Source: Epithemia pelagica (Eukaryota > Protista > Bacillariophyta). Taken from it: 64,000 nt of DNA. The notes beneath the pieces were generated by a model that saw nothing but the letters and a program-made list of their open reading frames with translations, was not told where the DNA came from and did not search any database. Below, piece by piece: positions 35,537 to 47,374 of this stretch (position 1 is its first letter; each line of letters opens with the position of its first letter). The DNA is taken from contig OX337240.1 in assembly GCA_946965045.2 (NCBI GenBank), forward strand, positions 1,302,001 to 1,366,000, read 5' to 3'. A program made the position numbers and the translations under genes.

Positions 35537-36538
35537 ATGTCGGCTATCGATTTCCAAAGTCTTATGAAAGCAGAACGGAAGAAGCACCACCGTGGAAGAC
35601 GTCGCCCAGAAGTCGTCGGTGATAGTCACAGCCCCATTGAAGAGCGTAGAGAGGAACAACAACGTCCCAAGTCACCAACATATCCTCAATCTCTGTCTCT
35701 GCCGTCCTCAGCATTCTTGACCAGCTTTGATCGATCCCTACATTTGGTATCCCGCGATCCCGCAAGTATCTACTATGTTCCCAGTTTTCTTTCCGGTGAA
35801 TATGAGAAGAAACTGTTAGATTGGCTCTTGACAGGCATACCCAGGAATCCAGTTGAATCCTGTTCCGACGCTCGTCATTCCAATGGCAAATGGACGCAGC
35901 TAAAATATGCTGGACGACGTGTGGCGCTGTTTGACTCTAGAATCCAACCCTTCCCAGATGCTTTAGCGAGTTTGGCCAAAATACTTTCTGACATGATATT
36001 ACTCCCTTTGATGACAAATAAGCCCGACAACCACGAAGCAACATCACCATCATCCACAACGCCAAGAAAGAACGACCTCTCTTTTGAAATTAATCACATT
36101 CTGATCAATGATTACGCGAATGCCGACGTGGGAATTTTACCACATACGGACGGACCTGCGTACGAACCGTGCACGATTACTCTTAGCATGGCCTCGAGTA
36201 CTCGTCTCGAGTTTAGCAGACGGAATCAGTACCAAGGGTTTGAGCTAAGAGTTGATGAGGACTTGCATAATCCCTCATCAAGAGAACGAAACGGCATTAT
36301 CGATCAAACTCAGCCACTTCAGGTTTGGCTCGAACCTGCCTCGTTGGTTGTGTTTTGTAACGACGCATACTCTGAGTGGCTTCATTCTATCCCAACTTCT
36401 GATTCATGCGGTACTGTTGTTGATGTGCAACAATGTCTCAATAAGAATTTGTTGGGCGAAACGAAAAGCATCTATCAAGATTCCACGGAACGTCGCGTCA
36501 GTTTAACCTTTCGAATAGCACGGCACTCATTCATATGA
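35537..36538 (+). CDS. ALKBH6: AlkB-family 2OG-Fe(II) dioxygenase, ALKBH6-like
   Basis: IYYVPSFLS, NHILINDY, GILPHTDGPAY (HxD), WLHSI, RRVSLTFR. Confidence 0.88.
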   Translation: MSAIDFQSLMKAERKKHHRGRRRPEVVGDSHSPIEERREEQQRPKSPTYPQSLSLPSSAFLTSFDRSLHLVSRDPASIYYVPSFLSGEYEKKLLDWLLTGIPRNPVESCSDARHSNGKWTQLKYAGRRVALFDSRIQPFPDALASLAKILSDMILLPLMTNKPDNHEATSPSSTTPRKNDLSFEINHILINDYANADVGILPHTDGPAYEPCTITLSMASSTRLEFSRRNQYQGFELRVDEDLHNPSSRERNGIIDQTQPLQVWLEPASLVVFCNDAYSEWLHSIPTSDSCGTVVDVQQCLNKNLLGETKSIYQDSTERRVSLTFRIARHSFI

Positions 36539-36896
36539 AGCGAAATAATGAAGTACTGCCATAAACTATGATACTTTACCCAAAGATACTAAACTGGGTA
36601 TACCAGGCGCCATATTCGTAGCATATGCTCCTTGCGTTCAGGAATGAGATACTACTGTCTATTGTGAAATCTTCATGGACATAGGGATCAGGTCTCGAAA
36701 AAAGAAACCTTGATTGGCTTTTCCCCAGCAGGGCATCTATCGAAGTCGCATTCTGCATTCTGGCAATCATTAGAGCCACCGTCAAGCCAACCTCAAGGCA
36801 ATGTCAACATCGAGCCCTGTTGGTCCCCTGATTGTTTGTTGTTTGTGTCATGGATCCACTTTTTCAATTCAGCTTTTTATTTTGGTTGTTGCAACA

Positions 36897-37691
36897 ATGG
36901 ATGTTACCACAACGATGACGAACGGCAAACCCCATCAAAGTGGTGAAGCGTCTGTGGAAGAAGTTCAGAACGTATCTTCTGCAGAAGACGAGAAAAAGCC
37001 GCGGCGTGCTCTTACGGCTTACAACTTCTTCTTCCAGGCAGAGCGCCAACGACTCCTTAACAACACGGATGGGACGCAAATGGGGGAAAAGAAGAAGCTC
37101 GGATTTGCTGGCCTAGCACGACACATTTCTTCCAAATGGAAAAACCTTAACTCGGTGGATAGGCTACCTTACGAGCAAATGGCCGGAGTAGAGAAGGATC
37201 GGTACAACCGAGAGAAGAAAGAATGGAAGAAGGCCAAGAAGGAGCGAACGAAGACACTAAAATCCAAAGGAAACGAGGCTTGCACTCCACAGAAACGCGG
37301 TGGAGTGCCTTCTCACGTCTCCACATCGAAAACTCGAACCCCAGCGGCGCGGTTACCTATAATACCATCTGAAACAGAATCGATGCCTCCTCCATTTTCT
37401 CGGAATGATGTGTCTCTTGAATCGATCCTGAATGATGCTGTCGTGGTCGGATCAAATGAAGACGTGAAGCAAGTACCGGGGAGTTCTATTCACTCTTTGA
37501 ATGATGTCGACTCCCTGATGATGGGTGATAATACCTCAAAAGATGAAGATGATATGTTGGCTACTGATGCTGGTGCCCCTCAGCAAGTATTATCGTGTCA
37601 GTCGACGAACACAGACATTCAAGCAATGCAAAATTTGGCTACTGAACTTGGGGATGATTGTGTTCAGTATGTCATCAGTCTGTTTCATTAG
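36897..37691 (+). CDS. HMG-box DNA-binding protein
   Basis: KPRRALTAYNFFFQAERQ...GFAGLARHISSKWK...YEQMAGVEKDRY. ATG 36897 preferred; 36801 is also in frame. Confidence 0.92.
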   Translation: MDVTTTMTNGKPHQSGEASVEEVQNVSSAEDEKKPRRALTAYNFFFQAERQRLLNNTDGTQMGEKKKLGFAGLARHISSKWKNLNSVDRLPYEQMAGVEKDRYNREKKEWKKAKKERTKTLKSKGNEACTPQKRGGVPSHVSTSKTRTPAARLPIIPSETESMPPPFSRNDVSLESILNDAVVVGSNEDVKQVPGSSIHSLNDVDSLMMGDNTSKDEDDMLATDAGAPQQVLSCQSTNTDIQAMQNLATELGDDCVQYVISLFH

Positions 37692-38204
37692 CTAACCATA
37701 CATTGTCGCGTGAACGGAATCGCTCACGGATGCCTTCCCATCACAGCCGACCTCGTTGAACGAAGTCGTCCAAAGAATTTTTGACCACGGTCCTTGTCGT
37801 GCATTTTTCGTAGTCTTCTCCTTTTGTGGAAGTTGATTTGGCAGGTACTTCTTCTTCCTCGATATACATGTATCTAGATGTTTTCATTTTTTAATCAACA
37901 ACCTTTCTGCTATTTTAAAAGCAGCTCTACTAAGTTATTGGTCATCCCCCGTGAAAGGTCTCGCGATTTCCTGTCACTTACTCCTATTTATTTTGTCTCA
38001 ATGTCTGTAGTCAATGAGCATCGCCTATTGACTGCCTTTTCCATCTCAAATCATATTGATTGCGTTTGGTAGTAGACATAAAGTTCTGATGCATGATATT
38101 GACTGTGTTTGTGTAGAAGACGCAACGCTGCGATGAACAGAGCACAGGAAGCAATCGGCGACCCTCTCAAAACTACAGTTGACCTATAGTAACGTCTGGC
38201 GAAT

Positions 38205-40997
38205 CTACATCATGCCGCTTGGGCTTTTCCATGTTGCGCCACGAACCCGTTGTTCCATGGGCGTTTCTTCGTGGTCATCCAAGAGTGAAGTACTGCTCCG
38301 TTTTGTTCCAACCATCGTACTTGCCGTTGTCGTACTGCTCGTTGGACCTGGCGGTGGAGGAGGAATTCCATCCAAGGTATTACTTCGCGGCTGCATACCA
38401 ACCGACGGAGGAGGGGGCACAGTATCGAGTTTGGGTTCGGCTGGGTCGCTCTCTGATGAACCTCCAAAAAATGAAGTGAGACCTGAGTAAAGTTTCGCCG
38501 GACTTCCAGCGAGTTTCAGTAGGGTTGCCGAAACACTCTGTTCAAGTTCTGTCGGTGCAGGAAGTGTTTCCATGTCCTGAGCCGACGAAGATAGCCCAGC
38601 CTTTTCTTGCGGACCAGCGACTCGAAACGGCTGCGATCCGTTCTGCATTGTGGGGACCATGGAACCACCGTCTCCGTTTGGTCGCAACGAATCCATCGAA
38701 GCCGCTGCTCCCCCATTGTCGGAAGGGTCATTTGCACCGACTTTCATGGGAGGAATAGTTGTTATTTGAACAGGATCAATGCGTGGAGGTGGGACATTGA
38801 TAATTTTTGGAGCTACATCCCGCTGGAAAGCGCTTATTGTAGGTCTTGTCATCTTTGCTGGTGCTGATGCAACATTCCCCGTAAGTATCGAGTTATTTTG
38901 ACCACCAGATGGCATAGCGCTCCCTCCACCACCAAGCGTCCCAACAGGTTCCGGGGCTGGTGGCGCCGTTTCAGTTCGAGCAGAGGCAGGAACCGGCCAA
39001 AAAGATGTTAACCAATCCGACATTTGGCTTGTTAAGCGAGTCAACGGAAGAACAGGCGGCGGTGCTGGGGCAGGATTGGGAGGAAAACTCGATGCAGTGG
39101 AAGTATTCGAGGCTCCTGGAAGAGCCGATTGGAGCCCTCCTGAAGAGTAAAGGTTCTGGTCAGGAAGAGATGTCGAAAGTGCATATGGTGACGGTGTCAA
39201 GCTTCCGTAAATCCCTGCCCCAGAGGGTTGTGACAACTGGTTTACGTCATTAAGTTGAAGCAGCCCTTGTTTTTGTTCTGCAGCTGAAAATTGTTGTTGT
39301 TGCTGTAGCAGCTGCTGTTGCAATCTTTGCTGTTGCTGCAGTTGAATCTGTTGTTGTTGCTGTTGCTGCATCTGTTGTTGCACTGCTTCTTGTTCTTGTC
39401 GTTGCATTGGTGGCTGTTGAGCAAGCCCAATGAGCTCACGAGCACTCGTCCCTCTCCAACCATTTTGCTTGGCTACTCCACCATTCAAATTGTTAAGCTT
39501 CGTAGGATATTTTCTGGTCATGTTGTCCACCCCGTTCGGCAATGGTCGTGGTTCCAGTGCGGCTGGAATTCCCCCAAGTCCCCAGTTTTCGCTCTGTTCG
39601 AGCAGTAGCCTCGTTTGCTTTAACAGACGGAACATGGATGATTCACGCTGATCTAGACTTGGAGGCAGTGGTACAAGTTCTTCCTCTTCTTCCCCATTTG
39701 GTTTGAATCGTTTGGTTTGTTGTTGTTGTTGCGGTTGTTGTGACGAATATGCAGGTGTTTGCGATGCCATGAGTCGCTTCTTGAGTGGCGGAGCCGTCGT
39801 GTCCTTGAGAGACGCAGCCAGGTTGTTTCCACCAAAGTTGAGGGCTGGAGCTGCCGCCCGCGGGGCCGCGGCTGGTGGAACCGCAGCGGCCGTGCTTCCC
39901 GCTGTGTTTCTGGTGGATGGGCCCTTATTATTACTACTACTACTGTTTGTCCCCTGAGTGGCATGGGCAATGGCAACATCGGCTAAATCGGCCAAGTTGG
40001 GTGCTTTGACCCTTCCCGAAAACTGTTCCGGTACACGCATCATGGGTGGTGGTGGTGCATCACCAGAAGAATCTATTCCCCCCTTTTTATTATTGGAGTC
40101 TTGTTGTTGTTCGCCGTCTCGTTCTCGTTCTCGAAGGCCTTGAGATGTCTTGTCGACGGCTCGTTTGTAGGAAACTTCAAACCAACTACCATCATTCTGA
40201 TTCCGGTCCAAGAACCGGCCACCCTGTTGTTCTACAGCCTGTACAATGGCTTTGCTGACGAGCAACTTGGTATGCTTTGGACACGCCCGGTAGAGAGGTC
40301 GGTTACTTTTAACCAATCGCCTAGGGAGTTGTACAAATACACAAAAGAATAACGAAACACGGACAAGATGCAAGTATGAGACTCATGTCCCATACGATCA
40401 CATATACTTCCAACAATTGGGTAGCAACATATGGGTGGTCACACATACCGATACCAATCGTTACCCGGATGGTGGTTCTGCACAAGGATCGATTTTCATT
40501 TAAAGAAAAGAAGCAGTACAAATACAAATGGTGAGGTCGATCAAGAAAGAGGGCATTCACTCTGTTTCTTTGCTCCTGGTAGTCATAAATCAAACAGAGA
40601 CAGTATCTGGAATGACATTTGGAACCATGCAATAGCCGTCACACAGACAAACAAACAGCCGTCGGAATGCCTTCCCTCCAATCTATTCCAATTATCGATC
40701 TATAAGATCATCCTGTGTCTTGCATTGTATTTGTAAAAACTGCAAACCATGCGTATTTGCACGAACGTACCGACATGCCGCCTCGTCCGCACAAGACATC
40801 CTATACGCAACAAAACCAGAGTGAGAGAAAAGGACGTAATGCGACAATATAGAATATCAATCCGGCTCTCTGGTCCAAGATATAAGATCCTCTCGAGAAG
40901 ATGCCTCGCTGTTGTTGTGACTTACCAGTTCACCAGGTTCTGTAATCCGTTCCTTGTGGTTCCCATTGTCCGCGTCATTCTCATCCGCCGACGACAT
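38205..40997 (-). CDS. DUF6824-domain protein with polyQ / low-complexity C-terminus
   Basis: complement join(38205..40320,40449..40477,40771..40800,40926..40997). Splicing rebuilds ITEPGELDVLCGRGGMSNHHPGNDWYRRLVKS, followed by KRAVDKTSQGLRE. Confidence 0.9.
39290..39420 (-). repeat. CAA/CAG-rich polyglutamine tract within the DUF6824 gene
   Basis: Encodes QRQEQEAVQQQMQQQQQQQIQLQQQQRLQQQLLQQQQQ. Confidence 0.9.
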
Positions 40998-41512
40998 TGT
41001 GAACCGAGACGCCGTCTTCTTGTCGCTCCAGTCGTTGTGTTTTTCAATTTGTTGGGAAGAAAGAGCTGCCGTGTGAGATTGGATGGTAAACTCAATGTCC
41101 AAGTGGGAATTGGGCAGAAAAAGAGATAATTGGAGGCGGCGTTCGATGTTGCTTGGCCCAATCTTGCGCTGTTGTTCTACGTTGCGTGGAAAGCCGCATG
41201 GTACGGAGAAAAACGGTTCGGGGGCAGAACTATTCTTCTTCGGGGGAAATGAAGAATGAAAACCGGAAGACGAAGCTCTTTTAACGTGAGTTGTTCCTCG
41301 GAAAATGATCTCGCCGAAAAGAAACGAGGGCGAAGATCCATAATATTTGGGAGCCTGAGAGAGTGGGGGCCATCATTCGTGTTTGTTCACAGATCGATCA
41401 CACTCCGACATCATTCGGACATACTTTAAAATTTTAAATGTGACGTCACGACAAACCGAAAAGCGACGGCTGCTCAACCAAAATCCAAATCAACTCCCAA
41501 CAGTGCTCCACC

Positions 41513-43212
41513 ATGGCGACAATGAAGAAGCCAACTGGCGAATATACAGAAGAGGACGAGGATGAAGACGAACAGGTCGATGAATTGATGGATGATGAAG
41601 ATGATGAAGACGGAGACGAGCAAGTTCGGTCAAGTATGAAGAAAGGGGTGATGCGGACCAGTGGCGTGAAAAGGGAAGACAGCCGCGAAGAGGAGGGTGA
41701 GGATGAGGCGAAGCGTCCAAACAAGGACAAGGGAGCAGTGAAAACGAGTCGCCCTCCTAAAATTTTAGAAATACCGGAACGGCCATCGAAGAGAAGCAAA
41801 CCAGAGAAGGGAGAAGATGACGACAATATTGAGGATGACGACGATGAGGAGGATGAAGATGACGATGATGAAGATGACGAAGATGATTACAGAGACGAAC
41901 AATTTGAAAGCTGGAAATCGAAAATTGATACCAAACAGCCGCCACCGGAAGCCGACAAGACACCTTCTCAGTCAACAATCGATAAACTAGTCGTCCACAT
42001 GGATGAGAATGATGATGAAGACGATGGTGATGAATCCAGCAAAGACATGTATGTCCCATTGCCAGGCTATGGTGAGCACAAAAGAGCCGTCTCGAGTGTG
42101 AAATTCGCACCATCTCGAATGATGAAAAAGGATCAGCCGACAGCGGCGCTGTGTGCTAGCAGTTCGGCGGATGGATATATAAAATTATGGAACGTGCAAA
42201 ATAGACTGCGAGGTGGAAAGGGGCAAAGACAGTCTTCCGAACGGAATCTCTTAGAACCCACGGTGACCTGTGGGGGGCATACAAGAGGAATTAATGATAT
42301 TGCGTGGAATCCGATTTCGCCTTTCCTTGCTTCTGCCTCGGATGACAAGACGGTATGTTTCGTTGGTCCTTGTGCACGAAACGGTATGTGAGGCTATCCT
42401 AACGAAATCTGCGTTTTTCATCCTGTTGTATCAAGGTGAGGCTTTGGGATATGTTGACTGGAGAAGCTCTGGTCGAATACAGAGGACACGACAGTTTTGT
42501 TTTCTGCGTTGATCAATACCAACATATGATTGTTTCGGGAAGCTTTGATGAAACTGTTAAACTTTGGGATGTACGTGCTTGTATTTATCGATCGTATTGA
42601 TGATTTTCGACTTTTCCTCGGATTTATGCTCACTTCTTCAGTTTTCCGTGGGGAAAGATTCGTTCCGGGGACTGTGTATCTACATTGCCGGCACACAGCG
42701 ACCCAGTGACTAGTGTCAGCTTCAACCGGGATGGAACTGTGGTGTGTACCGCCAGCCATGACGGGTTGATTCGATTATGGGACGTGGCAACAGGAGAGTG
42801 TCTCAAAACCATTTACGCAGCTGGCAACCCGCCTGTATGCAATGCAAAATTCAGTCCCAATTCAAAGTATGTTTTGGCTGGTACATTGATGGATGCCACA
42901 CTACGACTCTGGCCAGTCAACCGGACTGGAAGCAACTTGTGTGCGAAAACATACAAATCTGAGATGCACACCAATGTCAAATATTCCATTGTGGCCGATT
43001 TCACCCATGACGGAAATATTATAACGGGGTCCGAAACAGGAAAAGTAGTCATTTACGATCTGCAAACCGAGAATGTCCTTCAAGTGCTGGATGGCCACGA
43101 GGATGCCGTTCTCGCCGTTTCAGCACACGACAAGCTACCTTTGCTAGCGAGTGGCGCCATGATGAACGATCGCAAGGTTCAGTTTTGGGCTCCACGGAGT
43201 TTTAAGTTCTAG
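41513..43212 (+). CDS. WDR5: WDR5-like WD40 protein with long acidic N-terminal extension
   Basis: join(41513..42352,42436..42570,42658..43212). HKRAVSSVKF, SASDDKT, SGSFDETV, PAHSDPVTSVSFNRDG and NPPV...FSPN match WDR5. It may be a divergent paralog. Confidence 0.8.
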
Positions 43213-43504
43213 AGCTAACCAGGGGCACAACCTTATCTTCAATGTAACATCAGTTATCGTTCTCAAGGTTGTCGTACAAAGATACTTCTCACCGTCGTTC
43301 AAGGATGCTTCTTGAGATGGTGGAGGAGATGCCTAGGTAGCTTTTCTTATTCGCTTTTTACATATTATGAACAAGTATCTTTATAGAAAAAGGAAACGAA
43401 TTCATGGAAAGCTCACTACCTTGCTAGTCTGATGCCAGCTACCTACATGAGCAAAACATGTAAATCGATTCAGAGCAAGGGTACAACTATCGAGACAAAG
43501 GAAC

Positions 43505-44023
43505 TTAGTGGTACAAAAATGCCCAATAGTATTCTCCAGTCGCCAATGAGTAGACAGCACGACCTCCCAAGGCAAACACGCCAGCGGACCAAACGAGAGT
43601 CAAAACCAATGATTTCTTATCCAAGACATGATATTCCGGGTAGGGGCGGCCCTTTTGCTCCGATTCCAAACGTTCAAACGCCCAATCTTGAGCATTCTCC
43701 AAATAACGATCCATGTTCCCTTGCGCGACGACACGAGACACCTTGTCCGTAGCCATGAACTTCAAAACACCTTGTTCGTAGTCATCGGGGGTGAAAACAC
43801 GGCTGAAGAAAGGCTTGGGTCCACGCAACAAAAGGCTTTTCCATGGAGCATATCCTCCCTCTGGTCCTTCCTCAGGAGATGATGGACTCCACTTGCCAGT
43901 GCTCTTGTCAAACTTGGGAGCCATGGAGAGACCTGCATTGTCACGGATCGCCGTAGTCCGGGGGCACACGAAGGCCTGGACGACGCTGACCAACGCAAGA
44001 AGCAACAAAAACAATCGGTTCAT
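43505..44023 (-). CDS. Plastid-targeted protein of unknown function with C-terminal transmembrane helix
   Basis: Bipartite presequence MNRLFLLLLALVSVVQA-F (ASAFAP-type cleavage site) plus transit peptide. Core YEQGVLKFMA...AQGNMD. C-terminal TM LVLTLVWSAGVFALG. Confidence 0.8.
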   Translation of the reverse strand: MNRLFLLLLALVSVVQAFVCPRTTAIRDNAGLSMAPKFDKSTGKWSPSSPEEGPEGGYAPWKSLLLRGPKPFFSRVFTPDDYEQGVLKFMATDKVSRVVAQGNMDRYLENAQDWAFERLESEQKGRPYPEYHVLDKKSLVLTLVWSAGVFALGGRAVYSLATGEYYWAFLYH

Positions 44024-44648
44024 CGTCAAAGGAGCTGTTAGAATTACAGATATGAGGTTGGTTGAACATGTTGCGCGTTGGCGAAAGAAAGAAAGCCACA
44101 TCCGAAACCCTTTCAGTCACCGTCACTGCTCATTATTGACTTTACTATACCGATACAATACGGAACCGATGAAGCGTAATAATGCGTTCGTGTTATCAGC
44201 GACCCAAAGGCCGTGAAAAAATCGGAAATTACCCCAACTACCTATATACCTCCAGAGCCCGCAATAGGAAAAGAGACAATCAAACATGATTAGTCAAGAT
44301 CGTTACGGCAATGGACAACACTGGGAAGGTTACCGAGGTTTTCACGATCACCCCTTGCAAATCGAGCGTCAACATGAGATACGAGATACAGCAACTGGAT
44401 CCCTCCCCGTCATAGGCTCCCAAAAGAGCAAGACCAAAGAAAGCTGATACATGGGACAACGTCAATCCACTACACTTTGACAGAAGTCTACATTGGAAGA
44501 CTAACTCAACTCAATTTGAGTGCAAGCCTTCTCAAGCAAGTGACACCAAGTGTTAAATGACCACCAGGAAGTGCTCTACATCTGCATAGATACGATCAAG
44601 ATCGTCATCCGAAGACCATTCTTTCACCGTGGTATGTATATCGACTTT

Positions 44649-46346
44649 TTATTCATCTTCCATATCACTCCGCTTCACAAAACGCCCCTTGATTCTTGGA
44701 CGACTGTCGGCCAATTTTTTCCGACAATCGTACTTGATACGCTTTCTCCAAATACGCCGGGCCCGCTTGGCATGAAATCTCGCAATACGTGCTTTGCGAG
44801 CTTCCGGCAGGTAAATGCCAATTCGACCGTCCTTGTTCAACAGTTCCATGGCCATGGAGGCCGCAGCGGCAGAAGCTGCTGAGGCTGCGACTGTAACCGT
44901 TGTCGTTGTGGTACTGGATTCCGTTGTTGTCGTTGCCGTGTAGCTCGTGACCGCAGGCAAAGTCGAAGTGGCTGGAAACCCCATGGGAAGTGGAGGAGGT
45001 TGAACAGCAACTGTGGAAGAGACCATAGGTTGCGGAGGCGGTGGCACTGGCGGCTGTTGCTGCTGCTGCAGGAAAGGTGCTGGAGTGGCACTTGTCGTTT
45101 CATTCGGTTTCGTTGTCGTTGCGGAACTGCGGGGGCCCAGCCCTGGAATGTCAGAACTGGGGGCCCGGGCAGTTTCCAAGGCGCTTTGTTCGTGAATGCC
45201 ACCCTCTTGAAAACTAGAGGGGTCAAAGATTATAGATTCTCCACGAGGTCGACCAGGGTGATCTGGCTGTTCCAGACTCTCATGTGTGGAAGTTATGACA
45301 GCAGCTTCTTCTTTTGGTGGTTTGCCTGATGAGGCAGGTTCTGGAGTAGGTGTGTCTTCCAATGGAGGCAACGGTTCATCCGCACTTATTCCAAACGCAA
45401 AACATTCAAACGAGAACGCACGTCCCCTCCCACCGCCCGATGTGGGCAATGCGAGCTCCCCAACATTGGACCCCGGTTCTTCCTCTGGAAAACCCAGTTC
45501 CACAGATTCCAGATCTATTGATAGTCCCCTCATCCGAACTGGATCCTCACTTATTTTGACCTTCCGTTTCTCACAGGATGATTGATCTGGTTCAGAGGTT
45601 TTCGGTGGTTGCATTTCGGTTGAAGTAGTTGGTGGAGGAGGGTTTGGTTCGGGTGATAATGATGCTGGTAGAGGACATGGTACTACAGGTGGTATGGCCT
45701 TGATTCCATGCCCCGCCGAGGAGGAGGTGATTGTCGTTGTCGGTAATATTGGAGGGGGTTGGATGGGGGCCGATGCCAAGGGATTCGGAACCATGGAAGA
45801 TGATTTCACAATGGGAGGAAGAATCGCGGCAGAAACTCTCGAAGACCCATCTCCTGCCTTACCACTCACATCATTGACAAGTCGAGCAAGGCCAGTGACG
45901 CTGGACACCTGACTACTATCAGAGCCTTTGATTTCATTCCCCGTGGGACGTCGTCGCTTTCGAAGTCCATAGCGAGGACTCGCTGGGCCACTTTCTTTGA
46001 CTTTACTCGAGTTTAGTCCCCGAAGCGCCCCCACCGAACTACTATTACTGCTACCGCCCGTGTCTACCACGCTCTTTACTAAAGCAACCGTCATGAGTTT
46101 GCGCTCCATCTTGGCCGCGACCTCACTTTCTTCATCCGAGGTGATTTCCTCATCCTCCAGAATGCGGTCCTCCTCACGAATCAGGGCAGCATCCTCATCC
46201 GCATCGTCCTTGACTGCTGTCGCTTTGGCGGCTGCTTCGGCAGCTTTGGCCCTCGTCACTCGGATCGTTGAGCGTGTCAAGGTTGGCTGTGATGGTTGCT
46301 CCGCAAGGATCGGGCTGCCAGTGTTTTTGATTTTTTCGTCCATCAT
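44649..46346 (-). CDS. CCT-motif protein
   Basis: C-terminal RKARIARFHAKRARRIWRKRIKYDCRKKLADSRPRIKGRFVK is a CCT motif. A possible short upstream exon 46538..46554 (MEYFQR) joins through intron 46360-46537. Confidence 0.92.
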   Translation of the reverse strand: MMDEKIKNTGSPILAEQPSQPTLTRSTIRVTRAKAAEAAAKATAVKDDADEDAALIREEDRILEDEEITSDEESEVAAKMERKLMTVALVKSVVDTGGSSNSSSVGALRGLNSSKVKESGPASPRYGLRKRRRPTGNEIKGSDSSQVSSVTGLARLVNDVSGKAGDGSSRVSAAILPPIVKSSSMVPNPLASAPIQPPPILPTTTITSSSAGHGIKAIPPVVPCPLPASLSPEPNPPPPTTSTEMQPPKTSEPDQSSCEKRKVKISEDPVRMRGLSIDLESVELGFPEEEPGSNVGELALPTSGGGRGRAFSFECFAFGISADEPLPPLEDTPTPEPASSGKPPKEEAAVITSTHESLEQPDHPGRPRGESIIFDPSSFQEGGIHEQSALETARAPSSDIPGLGPRSSATTTKPNETTSATPAPFLQQQQQPPVPPPPQPMVSSTVAVQPPPLPMGFPATSTLPAVTSYTATTTTESSTTTTTVTVAASAASAAAASMAMELLNKDGRIGIYLPEARKARIARFHAKRARRIWRKRIKYDCRKKLADSRPRIKGRFVKRSDMEDE

Positions 46347-47374
46347 TTTAGCTAAAGATCTGAAAGACACAAGAAAATGAAGGGTCAGTGTGAGCTCGTT
46401 TTGGATATTGGCACTTGAGGAAGAACGCTTTCCTCAGGATGTAACAAAGATTCTGGTCAAACCAATGGAAGATTCGTTCGCCAAAATAGGTGGGCGAGTC
46501 GCAGATTGAGTAGTTTTTATGCCAGAAACAAGGGTACCTCTGGAAGTATTCCATTCCGAACAACCCAATAGAACCATGACAAAAGCCAGAGTTCATTGCT
46601 CCTCATGAAAGTCAGTGGGTAGAAAAGGACCGCCAACTAATGTAGATTATGTAGGAGAATGACTCTTTCTCAAGTAGTGTTTTCAAAAGAGAAAAGTTTC
46701 CATCTCCCCCAGCAGTAACCTGCCGGTTGATTTCATGTCATGTAGATTGTCGAGCAACTGATAGAGCTAAGGGTCTGTGGATTGACATCTACTGTCGTTG
46801 TACTGTCGGTCATACCACCGAACGAACAAAAATCCGAATCATTGGCAACCGAACCCTTTTTCATTCCACTGAGGACGCAATACAAAAGTCACAGCATTGA
46901 AATGTTGCTCACCAATTGAGTGTCTCTTTTCCTACAAGTGTTGTCCGTTTTTTCTTCTCTGTTGTCAACAAAAGAGAAGATGGAAGGTATTTTGGTTGGT
47001 GGGTTTGAGATTTTGGGTTTTCTTCGAAGAGTCGAAATGGGATTCTGACAGAAAAAAGAACTTGGTAGTGCCATGCAGTGGCACCAATGTCAACATTTCT
47101 GTAGAGTTCCGAATTGAATCCTTCTTCTTCACTGTCCTCCTTCCAGTGGACCAAACAAAAAAGTACCAACGGTAAGAGGTAAATCAGTGGCAGAGAACAG
47201 AAACAGCGCAACCGGTAACGGTCGAAGAGCAGAGCACGGTGTCGGCTGTCCGCATGACTTTTAACGGAAATAACGTAAAAAGATGGGTGGACAGACAGAC
47301 GAACCAGTGCTTCACCATCAATTCGAACTCGTCTCATTCTCAAAACAACAACATAGAATAGACTAAATGGAAAG

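Noticed and set aside
46909-47343. 144-aa minus-strand ORF upstream of the CCT gene
   Set aside because: No recognisable motifs; lies in the CCT/IMP3 divergent promoter and UTR region.
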